Shown here: positions 19,549 to 30,315 of the stretch, piece by piece
Layout: each line of letters begins with the position of its first letter
Position numbering within the stretch: the first letter of the stretch is position 1
NCBI GenBank assembly: GCA_036822575.1
Contig: DAISHK010000008.1
Location: 19,514-83,513 of the forward strand
DNA length: 64,000 nucleotides
Direction of reading: 5' to 3'
DNA from: Bellilinea sp.
Lineage (GTDB): Bacteria; Chloroflexota; Anaerolineae; Anaerolineales; Anaerolineaceae
Program-made: the position numbers and the translations under genes
The notes under the pieces: generated by a model
Database searches by the model: none
What the model was told of the DNA's origin: nothing
Seen by the model: only the letters and a program-made list of their open reading frames with translations

Positions 19549-21336
19549 CTAGTTAGAGGCTTGCAAACGAACCGAATCTGGCGGAATTTGCAAATCGACC
19601 ACCAGTTGCTTGACCACTTCGGCAAAAACCGGAGCAGCCACTTCAGAACCCCAGATTGAACTTTGTGGTTTTTCAATCCAGATATAAACGATAAATTGAG
19701 GGTCATCCACTGGTCCCCAACCAACGAACGAAGTATTGGTGAGACCAGTTTCATACCCTGTATCGGTGGGAATTTCACCGGTGCCGGTTTTTCCGGCCAC
19801 CCGGTAACCCTCTACCAATGCGGAAGAAGCTTCATCTTCCAGTGAGTTGGCCAGCATATTGGTCAGCGTCTGGGCGGTCTCTAACTTGATTACCCGGCGA
19901 ATCTGGCGCGGCTCGATATTGTATTGCACGCCGTCTTTGATGTAGGCGCGCACCAGATGCGGAACCATCATCTTGCCGTTGTTCGCCACCGCATTAATGG
20001 CCGTAATCATCTCGATTGGAGTGGCGGCAACACCCTGCCCAAACGAATTGGTTCCCAAATTGATCGGGTACCAGTTTGGGTCGCCAGGTTTAGCCAAAGG
20101 ATAAACTTGTTCGCCGGATAGGTCAACGCCGGTATACTTTCCAATTCCGAAAGCATCGATATATTGGTAGAACGTAGTGGTGCCCATCTGGTCAGCCACC
20201 CAGGCCAGACAGACGTTCAGCGAGTGCTGCATACAGCCGGTCATATCCTGAACGCCCCAAGCGCCGCGGTCCCAGTTATAAATGGGAATGCCCCATTTGG
20301 CATAGACGCCGGTATCGGTGAAGGTCGTTTCCGGCGTTACGGCTCCGGAATCCAGAGCTGCCGCCATGGTCAACACTTTGAAAACTGAACCCGGCTCATA
20401 GACCTGGCTAATAGCCCGGTCAAACTCGGTTGCCGAAGTAAAAATCTCGCCGAAATTCCAGTACTCGTTCGGGTTGAATTCGGGGGTAGTCGCCATCGCC
20501 AGGATTTCCCCAGTTTCAGGCTGCATCACAATGATGGTGGCCGATTCCGCGTCATTATCCGCGACGGCTTTCTTGGCAATTTCTTGCATGGACGCCTGAA
20601 TTTCACGGTCAATCGTTAAAATCAGGCTCGCGCCCGGGGCCACATCTGGAATATCTTGAATTTCCGAAGGATTCATCGGAATAAAGATTTTCTCGGCGGT
20701 TCCGGAGAGAAGACTGTTGTATTGCTCCTCCAAACCGAAAACGCCCTCACTATCCTGGCGGTCGTACCATTTAAAGTAACCGAGGATATTCGCAGCCAGA
20801 TCGTTTTCCGGGTAGCGCCGAATCAGGTGCGGACTCCAGTGAACGCCATAAAGGGTTGGCGCAAGACCTTTCTTAGGCTTTTCCGCATCGCCGTATTCGG
20901 TAACTTTCTGCTCTAATTGGGCAATTTTGTCTGGAGAAACGAAGTTCTGAACCACCTCGTAATGGGTATTTCCCACAGTTTCAAAGGATTTGGCTTTATC
21001 CAAGATTTCGTTGTAATTCACCCCTAAGATTTCAGAGAGGTCCTGAGCAACGGTTTCCGGATTGCCCTGGTTGTAGATCTCGACGGGATCGAAACCAACT
21101 TCATAAACCTCTTCGTTGCCCGCCAGCAGATTTCCCCAGCGGTCATAGATATAACCGCGTTCCGGCTCAATCACGCGGACATTGTTTGAGTTATAAGTCT
21201 CTTCCAGGTTCTCGCTGAGCGTCAGCATTACATCCGTATTTTGAATGCGCACGATCATTCCGGCGATCATAACCGCCAGAAGCACGAAGGCTCCGCCCAC
21301 AAGCTTGATTCTGATTTCACCGCTAAAAATGTTCAT
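19549..21336 (-). CDS. ftsI: Class B penicillin-binding protein (FtsI-like)
   Basis: RGYIYDR, SxxK (GSVFK), SLN, KTG; dcw position. Confidence 0.88.
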   Translation of the reverse strand: MNIFSGEIRIKLVGGAFVLLAVMIAGMIVRIQNTDVMLTLSENLEETYNSNNVRVIEPERGYIYDRWGNLLAGNEEVYEVGFDPVEIYNQGNPETVAQDLSEILGVNYNEILDKAKSFETVGNTHYEVVQNFVSPDKIAQLEQKVTEYGDAEKPKKGLAPTLYGVHWSPHLIRRYPENDLAANILGYFKWYDRQDSEGVFGLEEQYNSLLSGTAEKIFIPMNPSEIQDIPDVAPGASLILTIDREIQASMQEIAKKAVADNDAESATIIVMQPETGEILAMATTPEFNPNEYWNFGEIFTSATEFDRAISQVYEPGSVFKVLTMAAALDSGAVTPETTFTDTGVYAKWGIPIYNWDRGAWGVQDMTGCMQHSLNVCLAWVADQMGTTTFYQYIDAFGIGKYTGVDLSGEQVYPLAKPGDPNWYPINLGTNSFGQGVAATPIEMITAINAVANNGKMMVPHLVRAYIKDGVQYNIEPRQIRRVIKLETAQTLTNMLANSLEDEASSALVEGYRVAGKTGTGEIPTDTGYETGLTNTSFVGWGPVDDPQFIVYIWIEKPQSSIWGSEVAAPVFAEVVKQLVVDLQIPPDSVRLQASN

Positions 21337-21803
21337 GGCTGCAACTCCGAAACATCCATCAACCGAAACGCGCCCTGATAAAACCACTCCCACAAAGACT
21401 GCTTATAAGCCTGTTTGATTAACGATTGCGAGTCGCTGGTCGTGGTTGGCGGCGGCGCGAGGAAAACCGGCGCACGTCCGGTATATCCAGGCACAGCAAG
21501 GTAAATGAGATCTTCTTGTTGCGCGTGGCGAAAACCGAGCTTTTCAGCGCGGACTTCCATCACCACGGCAGAGTTTGCGTAAGCCAATTGGGTGCGCAGA
21601 TCCGCTATACGGATATTTAGCTCTTCCCGTTGAATTTCCAGGCTGTGAATGTTTGCACCGGCGGCTGTTGCTTGTGCGCTGACATAGAGGTAGATACCGG
21701 AAGCTCCAATTGCCACAACCAGGACCAACAGGAAAACGCCAATCCACTGGAGCTGTACGCGCCAGGGAGCTTGACGATATGCCTGAATAATTTTTTGGTT
21801 CAT
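21333..21803 (-). CDS. ftsL: FtsL-like cell division protein
   Basis: Single TM plus coiled coil (AEKLGF); between rsmH and the PBP gene. Confidence 0.6.
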   Translation of the reverse strand: MNQKIIQAYRQAPWRVQLQWIGVFLLVLVVAIGASGIYLYVSAQATAAGANIHSLEIQREELNIRIADLRTQLAYANSAVVMEVRAEKLGFRHAQQEDLIYLAVPGYTGRAPVFLAPPPTTTSDSQSLIKQAYKQSLWEWFYQGAFRLMDVSELQP

Positions 21804-21868
21804 TGGTCGATTGATTCCTTTTGGCAAAACATAGGGTCTTACGGTTTTTCATGCACAATCTGTGCCAG

Positions 21869-22801
21869 CTAAAGCAGTTTTTCCGCCACCCGCAGACGAG
21901 CGCTGCGCGCTCGCGAATTACGTTCAACTTCCTCCGCTCCGGGTTCAATCGGGTGACGGGTGATCTCGGTAATACTCGCCTTGTGCCCGCAGGTGCAAAC
22001 CGGCTGATCGGGCGGGCAGATGCAATCGCGGCTTTCTCTGCGGAAAGTTTGCTTTACAATGCGGTCTTCCATCGAATGGAAAGAAATCACCGCCAACCTG
22101 CCGCCAGGAGCCAGAGCCTGGATTGCCCGCGGGAGCACTGCCTCAATGCCTTGCAGCTCCTCATTGACGGCGATGCGCAGCGCCTGGAAGGTCCGCGTAG
22201 CCGGGTGGATGCGATCACGATGGCTGCCAATCGCCTTTTGAATAACGCTGGCCAACTGCAACGTCGTTTCCAATGGCCGGGCCGCTACAATCGCAGCCGC
22301 GATCCGGCGCGAATAACGCTCTTCGCCAAACCGCCAGATCAAATCCGCCAGTTCTTTTTCTGGAGCGTGGTTGACCAGGTCAGCGGCGCTCAACGATTGC
22401 TGCGGGTCGAAGCGCATATCCAGCGGGCCTTCATTCAAGAAGGAAAAACCGCGCTGCGGCGTGTCGATCTGCATCGAAGATACCCCCAGGTCGAACACGA
22501 TTCCATCCACAGCAGACCAGTTCAAGTTCTTCATTTGCTCCAGCAGATGGAGGTACGAGTCGTTCACCAGGTGGGCGCGCTCGCCATATAAAGACAAACG
22601 CTGACTTGCAATCGCCAGCGCCTGCGGATCACGATCCAGCCCGAGGAGTTCCCCATCCGGCGAACTCTGTTCGAGTATCCCGCTGGCATGACCGCCAGCG
22701 CCGAGGGTCGCATCAATATAACGGCCCGAAGGACGCGGATTTATTGCGAGTATAATTTCTTGGTAAAGTACAGGCAGGTGTGGGTAAGAGGAAGTGGTCA
22801 T
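21869..22801 (-). CDS. rsmH: 16S rRNA m4C1402 methyltransferase
   Basis: HLPVL, DATLGAGGH, DLGVSSMQ, FQALRIAVN, SFHSMEDR. Confidence 0.97.
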   Translation of the reverse strand: MTTSSYPHLPVLYQEIILAINPRPSGRYIDATLGAGGHASGILEQSSPDGELLGLDRDPQALAIASQRLSLYGERAHLVNDSYLHLLEQMKNLNWSAVDGIVFDLGVSSMQIDTPQRGFSFLNEGPLDMRFDPQQSLSAADLVNHAPEKELADLIWRFGEERYSRRIAAAIVAARPLETTLQLASVIQKAIGSHRDRIHPATRTFQALRIAVNEELQGIEAVLPRAIQALAPGGRLAVISFHSMEDRIVKQTFRRESRDCICPPDQPVCTCGHKASITEITRHPIEPGAEEVERNSRARSARLRVAEKLL

Positions 22802-22812
22802 TGGACTGGGCT

Positions 22813-23247
22813 TTACAGCGGAATATTGAAATTCGCATAGCGTTTGCTGATGGAGTCTGGATTCTGATTCTCGGTTTTTTCCTTCTTCCATTCTTCAGGC
22901 GTCCAAATTTCAAAATACTCACCCGCTCCAATGACAACGGCGTTCGCCGTCAAACCAATTTCCTCACGCAGCCATAACGGGATTAGAATCCGTCCGGCTT
23001 TATCCAGCTCGACTGGTTCGGCGTTCGCGTACACATGCCGTTTCAAAGAGCGTGCTTCCGAATCCGTCAAACTGGTATCGCTGATGCGTGTGGACAATTT
23101 CTGGAAGGCGGTATCAGGAAGAACGATCAGGTTCTTGTCGAATCCGAGCGTGACAAAAGCGCCATCCGCCAGTTCTTCGCGGTAACGCGAAGGAATGGTC
23201 ATGCGGCCCTTCTCATCGATTGTGTGCTCGTAACGGCTAAAGAACAT
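22813..23247 (-). CDS. mraZ: Division/cell wall cluster repressor MraZ
   Basis: Two SpoVT-AbrB repeats (DEKGR and DKAGR); FEIW. Confidence 0.96.
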   Translation of the reverse strand: MFFSRYEHTIDEKGRMTIPSRYREELADGAFVTLGFDKNLIVLPDTAFQKLSTRISDTSLTDSEARSLKRHVYANAEPVELDKAGRILIPLWLREEIGLTANAVVIGAGEYFEIWTPEEWKKEKTENQNPDSISKRYANFNIPL

Positions 23248-23299
23248 TAGTTCTACCTCTGCTATAATAGCGAAACGCCGGAATCACCCGGCGTTCCTA

Positions 23300-23363
23300 C
23301 CACTTTCTCCCACTTTTCACCACTTTCCTCCACATTATAGCGGATTTCAGGCCCTATATGCAA
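23300..23363 (-). promoter_or_regulatory. dcw promoter with MraZ operator (four GTGG direct repeats at 10-bp period)
   Basis: Minus strand TTGCAT-N18-TATAAT, followed by GTGGaggaaaGTGGtgaaaaGTGGgagaaaGTGG. Confidence 0.8.
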
Positions 23364-23542
23364 GCTTTTTGCCCTTCAAAAACGATAGTATTTTGGGATT
23401 CTAATAAATATCCAAAACACCGTTGAAATATCGGCTGCGAGCCGAAAACCAATTCACGCAAGCGTTCATTCAAGCGTATAATCACAGGTGCGTTTTTTAC
23501 GTTCCCCTAGAAAATATCATCAATGAAAGGTGAAAAAAATCC

Positions 23543-24964
23543 GTGTCAACTCCATCAGACTGTTATCGCGCGCTGTTTGTCGGCGTCGATGAAAATGTGC
23601 CGTTACTGAACGGCTCATCCGTGCCTTACGTCAATCTTGATAATGGCGCTTCAACACCCGCATTGAAACACGTCCAAAATACCGTCAATGAATTTTTACG
23701 CTATTATTCCAGCGTTCATCGCGGCACGGGCTTCAAGAGTCAGTTAGCCACTCACGCATACGAAACAGCGCGCAAACAGTTAATGGCATTCGTCGGCGCT
23801 ACGCCTGGCGAGCACGTCTGCATTTTCGGCAAGAACACCACCGAAGCCATCAATAAGCTGGCACATCGCTACCCATTCAGCACTGAGCGGAATGTGGTCC
23901 TGGTCAGCACCATGGAACATCACTCAAACGACCTGCCCTGGCGCAGCGCAGCTGAGGTGGTGCATATTGGCCTGACGCCAGACGGCCGGCTGGATGAAGC
24001 GGATTTTGATCGCAAATTATCGCAATATAATGGAAGAGTTGCACTGGTCGCGATAAGCGGCGCCAGTAATGTCACCGGATTTATCAATCCGGTTCATCGC
24101 CTGGCCGAAAAGGCCCATGCCGCCGGCGCAGAAATGATGGTCGATTGCGCCCAGCTCGCTCCGCACCGGACAGTGAACATGGGCGCACCGGACGACCCTC
24201 AGCGCATTGACTACATTTCAATTTCAGCGCATAAAATGTACGCGCCCTTCGGCAGCGGCGCATTGATCGGTCGCCGGGCGATTTTCGAGAGCGGTGACCC
24301 CGACCTGCGCGGCGGCGGACAGGTGGAAATTGTCACCCTGGACCAGGTGGAATGGTCGGCGCCTCCAGATCGCGAGGAAGCCGGCAGTCCGAACACCGTC
24401 GGCGCGGTTGCTATGGCCGCCGCCGCGGCGCAGTTAAGCGCTATTGGCATGGACAAGGTCGCCGCCCACGAGGCAGAATTGACTGCCTACGCCCTTGAAA
24501 AGCTGGCTTCCGTGCCCGGGCTGCATATTTATGGCGATACCGATCCTGCCCATGCGCCCGACCGGCTGGGCGTCATCCCGGTAAATCTGCAAGGCGTTTC
24601 GCATTTTCTGGCTGCGGCTGTGCTCGGCCACGAATTCGGCGTCGGCGTCCGCAATGGCTGTTTTTGCGCTCACCCCTATTTGCTGCAATTGATGGGCATT
24701 ACCGGCGAACACGCTCAAAACGTGCGCAGTTTAATTATGGCCAATGACCGCCGCAGCGTCCCTGGCATGGTGCGGATTTCTTTCGGGCTTTACAACACCT
24801 TTGAAGACGTTGACCGTGTGGCTGCCGCGCTGAAAGCCGTCGCTGCCGGCAAGTATGAAGGCAAGTATGTTCAGGACCAGGCCAGCGGCGAATATCACCC
24901 CCAAAACTGGTCGCCGGATTATGATAAATATTTTAATATAGCAGTGCCGGATACGGTAAAATAA
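23543..24964 (+). CDS. PLP-dependent aminotransferase class V (cysteine desulfurase-like)
   Basis: [33 protein letters not shown]. Confidence 0.88.
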   Translation: MSTPSDCYRALFVGVDENVPLLNGSSVPYVNLDNGASTPALKHVQNTVNEFLRYYSSVHRGTGFKSQLATHAYETARKQLMAFVGATPGEHVCIFGKNTTEAINKLAHRYPFSTERNVVLVSTMEHHSNDLPWRSAAEVVHIGLTPDGRLDEADFDRKLSQYNGRVALVAISGASNVTGFINPVHRLAEKAHAAGAEMMVDCAQLAPHRTVNMGAPDDPQRIDYISISAHKMYAPFGSGALIGRRAIFESGDPDLRGGGQVEIVTLDQVEWSAPPDREEAGSPNTVGAVAMAAAAAQLSAIGMDKVAAHEAELTAYALEKLASVPGLHIYGDTDPAHAPDRLGVIPVNLQGVSHFLAAAVLGHEFGVGVRNGCFCAHPYLLQLMGITGEHAQNVRSLIMANDRRSVPGMVRISFGLYNTFEDVDRVAAALKAVAAGKYEGKYVQDQASGEYHPQNWSPDYDKYFNIAVPDTVK

Positions 24965-25038
24965 TCATAGGACGGATTTCGCCAGTTTTTACGCCGAATT
25001 CCGGCGACCACAAACTGCCCAATGGGAAGGATATTACG

Positions 25039-26421
25039 ATGACAGTCCTGAAACTCTATGACACTTATACTCGCTCCATGGTTGATTTTCAGCCATTAAA
25101 GCCCCCAGCGGTTGGGTTGTATACCTGTGGTCCGACAGTCTATAACTTTGCTCATATCGGCAATTTACGCACGTACATCTTCGAGGATATTTTACGCCGC
25201 ACGTTAACCTTTAATGGCTACAGTGTCAATCACGTAATGAATATCACGGATGTCGGCCACCTGACCTCGGATGCGGATACCGGCGAAGACAAAATGGAAG
25301 CCGGTTCACGCCGCACAGGCATGACCGCCTGGGAAATCGCAGAATTCTACACGGAAGAGTTCAAAAAAGACCTCCAGCGTCTGCATATCGACGAGCCGAC
25401 CACCTGGTGCCGGGCGACCGATCATATTCAAGAGCAAATCAACCTGATCCGCTGCATTGAGGGCAATGGCTACACCTATGAAACATCCGATGGCATTTAC
25501 TTTGACACCTCAAAGCTGAACGATTACGGCTACCTCGGCCGTCTGGACATTGAGGGCCTGCAGGCCGGCCTGCGCGTGGATATGGGAGAAAAGCGCAATC
25601 CGACCGATTTTGCGCTTTGGAAGTTCAGCCCCAAAAACCAGCAGCGCCAGATGGAATGGGATAGTCCCTGGGGTGTCGGCTTTCCAGGCTGGCATATCGA
25701 ATGTTCCGCCATGTCCGCCAAATACCTGGGCCCCTTCTTTGATATTCACTGCGGCGGGGAGGATCATATCAATGTTCACCACACCAATGAAATAGCGCAA
25801 ACAGAAGCCTGCTACGGAACCCGCCTGGCCAATATCTGGATGCATGCCTATTTCCTGCAGATCGATGAAAACCAAAAAATGTCAAAATCCAGCGGAGAGT
25901 TCTTGCGCCTGCAAACGCTGATCGATAAGGGTTACGACCCGCTATCCTACCGCTTCTTCTGCCTGAGCGCGATCTACCGCCAAAAGCTGAACTTCACCTG
26001 GGAAAGCCTGGACGGCGCTCAGAAATCGCTCGACCGCCTGCGCAATATGGTCTATGAATGGGGACCGGCCGGGGAAGTAAACGCAGCGTACGTTGAAAAA
26101 TTCCGCGAGTGCGTCAATGACGACCTGAATATGCCGCGCGCTGTCGCAACAGCCTGGGAAGTCGCCCGTTCTGATATGGACCCGTCCGTGAAAAAAGCCA
26201 CCCTGCTGGTGTTCGATCAGGTCTTGGGGCTGGGATTGGCCGATTGGGCGCCCAAGGAAGAAGACATTCCGGCTGAAATCCTGGCATTCGTTGAACAGCG
26301 TCAACTGGCGCGGAAAGAAAAACGCTGGCAAGACGCTGATTCTTACCGCAACCAGGTCAATGCCGCCGGGTATGAAATTATGGATACCCCGGAAGGCCCT
26401 AAGGTCAAGAAAAAAGGCTGA
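25039..26421 (+). CDS. cysS: Cysteine--tRNA ligase
   Basis: [23 protein letters not shown]. Confidence 0.97.
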   Translation: MTVLKLYDTYTRSMVDFQPLKPPAVGLYTCGPTVYNFAHIGNLRTYIFEDILRRTLTFNGYSVNHVMNITDVGHLTSDADTGEDKMEAGSRRTGMTAWEIAEFYTEEFKKDLQRLHIDEPTTWCRATDHIQEQINLIRCIEGNGYTYETSDGIYFDTSKLNDYGYLGRLDIEGLQAGLRVDMGEKRNPTDFALWKFSPKNQQRQMEWDSPWGVGFPGWHIECSAMSAKYLGPFFDIHCGGEDHINVHHTNEIAQTEACYGTRLANIWMHAYFLQIDENQKMSKSSGEFLRLQTLIDKGYDPLSYRFFCLSAIYRQKLNFTWESLDGAQKSLDRLRNMVYEWGPAGEVNAAYVEKFRECVNDDLNMPRAVATAWEVARSDMDPSVKKATLLVFDQVLGLGLADWAPKEEDIPAEILAFVEQRQLARKEKRWQDADSYRNQVNAAGYEIMDTPEGPKVKKKG

Positions 26422-26441
26422 TACCCGCAAAGTACTCACCC

Positions 26442-26474
26442 AAAGCCCCCTGGCAATTGTCAGGGGGCTTTTTT
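26442..26474 (+). terminator. Intrinsic terminator after cysS
   Basis: aaagccccctg-gcaattgt-cagggggctttttt. Confidence 0.8.
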
Positions 26475-26668
26475 CTGGGCCAATTTATTCATCTCTGGTT
26501 TACGATGTACGAACAAGAAATATCTCTTACAATTAATTAAGTTGCCTGTCTTCACTTTCTAGTAACTGATCCATTTAAAAATTTCCGTTTTTACAAACAA
26601 AATATCCTGGCATCAAAAAACGAATAGCCCCGAATAGTTATTCAACGAAATTTCAGAGGGAGGCATTG

Positions 26669-27940
26669 ATGAAACGCGCATGGTTCCTTGTTCCCATACT
26701 GATGATTGTTCTGGCTGCCTGCGGGCAGCCGGCGGTTCAACCCACACCATCCGCCGGTGCTCTGGCAACCCTGGTCCAGCAAGGCGTTGAACAAACATTG
26801 ACAGCCGCCAGCCCGACTGCCGCGCCGACCAGCACCATAACAGCAGAGCCGACTGCCACGCAGCCGCCCACGCCAACCGCAATCCCTATCAAACGAATCG
26901 CGCTTCTTTCCAGCGAAACCGAAAACATGTATTTATATACAATCGGTTCAGATGGCTCGAATATGCAGCGCGTCAGCAACAATTCGAATGTTGAAGGCAC
27001 CTATGATTACTCGCCGGATGAACAATGGATCGCTTACGAGACCTACTTGGAAGCGGATGGAAATTCTGAAATTTATGTGATGAAATCAGACGGCAGTGAC
27101 GCCAGGAAACTGGTGGTTCACGCTCAAAACGATTTTCGGCCGGTCTGGTCGCCGGACGGCAGCCGAATTTTATTCCATTCTGATCTGGGCGAACGCACCC
27201 GTGAAGTCTTTCTCGTCAACGCGGATGGCAGCGGGCTGATTAACCTATCCAATAATGGAAAATTGAATATGGATGCACGCTGGTCTCCAGATGGTTCGCG
27301 TATCAGCTATGAATCTGCCTACCTTTCCTCGGATGAAGACATCGCGAACCTGGATATTCAAAGCAGCAGCGTAATCCTTGTGCAAGATGTTCAAAGCGGA
27401 GCCGTGATCACATTGCCGACGCCGGATGGAATGGATACTGTTTCCAGTGCTCAATGGTCTCCGGATGGAACGAAAATAGCCTTCAACTGCGGCGGGGAGA
27501 TTGCAGTATCTGCGGAAGACAGCGATTATTCAAGGTTACAGGGCATATGCGTCGCCGCCGCTGATGGGTCCAGCGTCGAACTGCTGTATTCCGCCAAGAC
27601 CAGCGTGAAAACCGGCAAGCCCAACTTCAAACCGGATCCGGCCTGGTCGCCGGATGGCAGCCAGATCGCTTTTATTGACTTATTGCCCGACGGCGTAACC
27701 AGTGAAATTTTCCGCATGCAGGCGGATGGGTCGCAAATCGAACAGATTACCCAAAGCGCAACAGATTTAAAGACAGATCCAGCCTGGTCGAAAGATGGCC
27801 TGATGCTGAATTTTTTAACTCAAAATGGTTCGATATTAAACCGGGTCTTCGTCGTGTACACCGTCAATTTGGACGGCAGCCATCTGACAGAATTGTTCAG
27901 GCGGGTCCGCTACACCCCCATGCCCGAATGGCTTGATTAA
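26669..27940 (+). CDS. Lipoprotein with TolB/PD40 beta-propeller repeats
   Basis: Lipobox LAAC, P/T-rich linker, repeated WSPDG motifs. Confidence 0.85.
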   Translation: MKRAWFLVPILMIVLAACGQPAVQPTPSAGALATLVQQGVEQTLTAASPTAAPTSTITAEPTATQPPTPTAIPIKRIALLSSETENMYLYTIGSDGSNMQRVSNNSNVEGTYDYSPDEQWIAYETYLEADGNSEIYVMKSDGSDARKLVVHAQNDFRPVWSPDGSRILFHSDLGERTREVFLVNADGSGLINLSNNGKLNMDARWSPDGSRISYESAYLSSDEDIANLDIQSSSVILVQDVQSGAVITLPTPDGMDTVSSAQWSPDGTKIAFNCGGEIAVSAEDSDYSRLQGICVAAADGSSVELLYSAKTSVKTGKPNFKPDPAWSPDGSQIAFIDLLPDGVTSEIFRMQADGSQIEQITQSATDLKTDPAWSKDGLMLNFLTQNGSILNRVFVVYTVNLDGSHLTELFRRVRYTPMPEWLD

Positions 27941-28103
27941 GGTCCAGCAACTCACAAAATTCCGTGAGTACGCAAAATGCCCTGACCACCTGCGTGTTTG
28001 GACAGACGGATGGTCAGGGCCATGTTCATATCTCAGAAATTCTTACTTTCGTTGAAAATCAACACTTAAATCAACAGAGTTTATCCAGATTCTATAGATT
28101 CTC

Positions 28104-28847
28104 TCAGGCTAATCTGGCTACGAATATTTTTACCGCCTCCAGAATAAAATCTGCCAGCGCCGGATCCAACGCATCGAAATTTTTCCGGAAGCGCGGGTCG
28201 TTGACATACAGTTCTGCCAATGGCACCAGGGCTTCATCCGGCGGCGTCCAGAAATTCTTCATATGTTCGCGCCACTGACGGACGGCTGCCTGTGCTTCCG
28301 GTGAATCTGGACCGGCGGTCATCGCTGCCAGGTAGGTTTCATAGACCTTTTGCCCACCCTTCAAGATTTTCTCCTTTTCTTCCTGGCGGTATGATTTCCA
28401 CCTGCGCTGCGATTCGAGCACCGTATCGCGGTCATACAATTCAAGCGCCTGCCGGTTATATTCAGCTTCCTCTTCTGGAGTAAAACCGGCAAAGAATTTT
28501 TTCTCTTCCATTACTGCCGTTCCTTTCAAATGTTGAATCGTCTCTTCAACCGTCTGAGATATTTTCTCCAGGCGATTGATCCGCTGACGGAGCTCCGCTT
28601 TATGCCTTTCCAGGACCACAATCAGATCGTAATCTGGGGATGCAAAGATTTCCGCGATTTGTTCCAGGCCTAGGCCCAATTCGCGATAAACCAGAATTTG
28701 CTGCAAACGCAATAACGCCTGTTCGCCATAATAGCGGTAGCCGTTTGCTCCAATTTGGGTGGGTTTGAGCAAATCAATCTGATCATAATAATGCAGGGTA
28801 CGGGGAGTCACACCTGCCATTCTGGAAAGTTGTTTCACTGTGAACAT
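28104..28847 (-). CDS. MerR-family regulator with TipAS antibiotic-recognition domain
   Basis: RTLHYYDQIDLLKP...GYRYY HTH; C-terminal LYVNDPRF. Confidence 0.92.
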   Translation of the reverse strand: MFTVKQLSRMAGVTPRTLHYYDQIDLLKPTQIGANGYRYYGEQALLRLQQILVYRELGLGLEQIAEIFASPDYDLIVVLERHKAELRQRINRLEKISQTVEETIQHLKGTAVMEEKKFFAGFTPEEEAEYNRQALELYDRDTVLESQRRWKSYRQEEKEKILKGGQKVYETYLAAMTAGPDSPEAQAAVRQWREHMKNFWTPPDEALVPLAELYVNDPRFRKNFDALDPALADFILEAVKIFVARLA

Positions 28848-28853
28848 GCGATC

Positions 28854-28884
28854 AGTATAAACGATGACGTAACGTTAATGTCAA
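28854..28884 (-). promoter_or_regulatory. MerR-type promoter with 19-bp spacer and internal dyad; leaderless transcript
   Basis: TTGACA-ttaacgttacgtcatcgtt(19)-TATACT, then 6 nt, then ATG. Confidence 0.8.
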
Positions 28885-29043
28885 GCCTCAATTCAATAAG
28901 ATATTACGATAATTTCTAGCAATGATATTGGAATTTTTTATCAATAATTGTTATTCTGCCGTTAACATTCCCTTCTAAAGCGCTTAACTTGCAAATGTTA
29001 TCATGACGCAGATCAAAAAATATTTAGGAGAAGAATAAATAAC

Positions 29044-30129
29044 ATGCGTCGTGTTTTGTCCACCACTTTGTTCGTGCTTATTGCTCTCAGCATGGCTCTG
29101 TCCGCCTGCTCCCCGGCGGCTACCCCCACTGCTGAGCCCAACACCGCGCCGACTAGCGCTCCGGCTGAACCCACAGCAGCGGAACCCACCAGTGCCCCTG
29201 CGGCAACTGAACCGACTGCAACGAGTGAAGCCCCTGCGCAAACTGGCGTAGTTTTACCTGAAGTTGACCCATCAGCCGTCAGCGGCGATATCTATGCCGC
29301 CGGTTCCTCCACGGTCTATCCGGTCAGCGAGAAAATCAGCGAAATGTTCACCGATGAAGGCTTCACCGGCACGATCAAGCTCGACTCGATTGGCTCCGGC
29401 GCTGGCTTCGAACGCTTCTGCAAAACCGGTGAAACCGATGTCTCCAATGCCTCCCGCGCCATCAAGGACAGCGAAGTCGAGGCCTGCCAGGCCATCGGCC
29501 GCACCCCCATTGAGTTCCGCGTCGGCACCGATGCCCTCGCTATCGTCGTCAACAAGGACAACACCTGGCTGACCAACGTCACCACTGAAGAACTTGCCAA
29601 GATCTTCTCCAGTGACGCCACCAAATGGTCCGATGTCAACCCCGATTGGCCCGCTGAACCCATCAAACGCTATGCCCCCGGCACCGACTCTGGCACCTAC
29701 GACTTCTTCGTTGAATTCGTGATGGACAAGGTCTATGGCGACGAAGGCGAACAGAAATTCCTCGACGCCCAGCACCAGGCTTCCGAAGACGACAATGTCC
29801 TCGTCCAGGGTGTCTCCGGCGATGAATACGCCATTGGTTTCTTCGGCTACGCTTACTACAACGAGAACGCCGATATCCTCAACATCCTCTCCGTGGATGG
29901 CGTTGCTCCCGATTACGACACCGCTGAATCTGGCGCTTATCCCCTCGCCCGCCCGCTGTTCATCTACTCGGATGCCAAGATCATGGCTGACAAACCTCAG
30001 GTTGCCGCCTACATCAACTACTACTTGACCAATGTCTCTGACATGATCGGTGAGGTCGGCTACTTCCCCGCTTCCGCTGACGCCATGAACGCCTCCAAAC
30101 AGGCCTGGCTGGATGCATCAGCCCAATAA
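29044..30129 (+). CDS. pstS: Phosphate ABC transporter substrate-binding lipoprotein
   Basis: Lipobox LSAC, GSSTVYP, GSGAG, DSGTYD, YPLARPL. Confidence 0.94.
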   Translation: MRRVLSTTLFVLIALSMALSACSPAATPTAEPNTAPTSAPAEPTAAEPTSAPAATEPTATSEAPAQTGVVLPEVDPSAVSGDIYAAGSSTVYPVSEKISEMFTDEGFTGTIKLDSIGSGAGFERFCKTGETDVSNASRAIKDSEVEACQAIGRTPIEFRVGTDALAIVVNKDNTWLTNVTTEELAKIFSSDATKWSDVNPDWPAEPIKRYAPGTDSGTYDFFVEFVMDKVYGDEGEQKFLDAQHQASEDDNVLVQGVSGDEYAIGFFGYAYYNENADILNILSVDGVAPDYDTAESGAYPLARPLFIYSDAKIMADKPQVAAYINYYLTNVSDMIGEVGYFPASADAMNASKQAWLDASAQ

Positions 30130-30203
30130 CTCGTAATTCCTCCCGCCTGTCCTCCCTGGCACACAACTTCAACATACCCTGGCCAGGGAGCCGGGCAAAA
30201 GAC

Positions 30204-30243
30204 ACCCAGGGGAGCGTATGGTTGCCCCTCGCTCCCCTGGGTT
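30204..30243 (+). other. Stem-loop between pstS and pstC (likely mRNA stabiliser or attenuator)
   Basis: acccaggggagcg...cgctcccctgggt. Confidence 0.6.
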
Positions 30244-30315
30244 GATTGCACCTTCTGTTCAATCTTGTGCTACCGCAAACCGCCTTTTCTCACCATTGAA
30301 TAAAAACTGATTCTA

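Noticed and set aside
23300..23333. 10-bp-period repeats as a novel repeat or CRISPR
   Set aside because: Explained as the known MraZ operator.
26780..27800. Recurring tggtcgccggatgg-like repeats and P/T-rich repeats
   Set aside because: They encode PD40/WSPDG propeller repeats and a linker, not a DNA repeat array.
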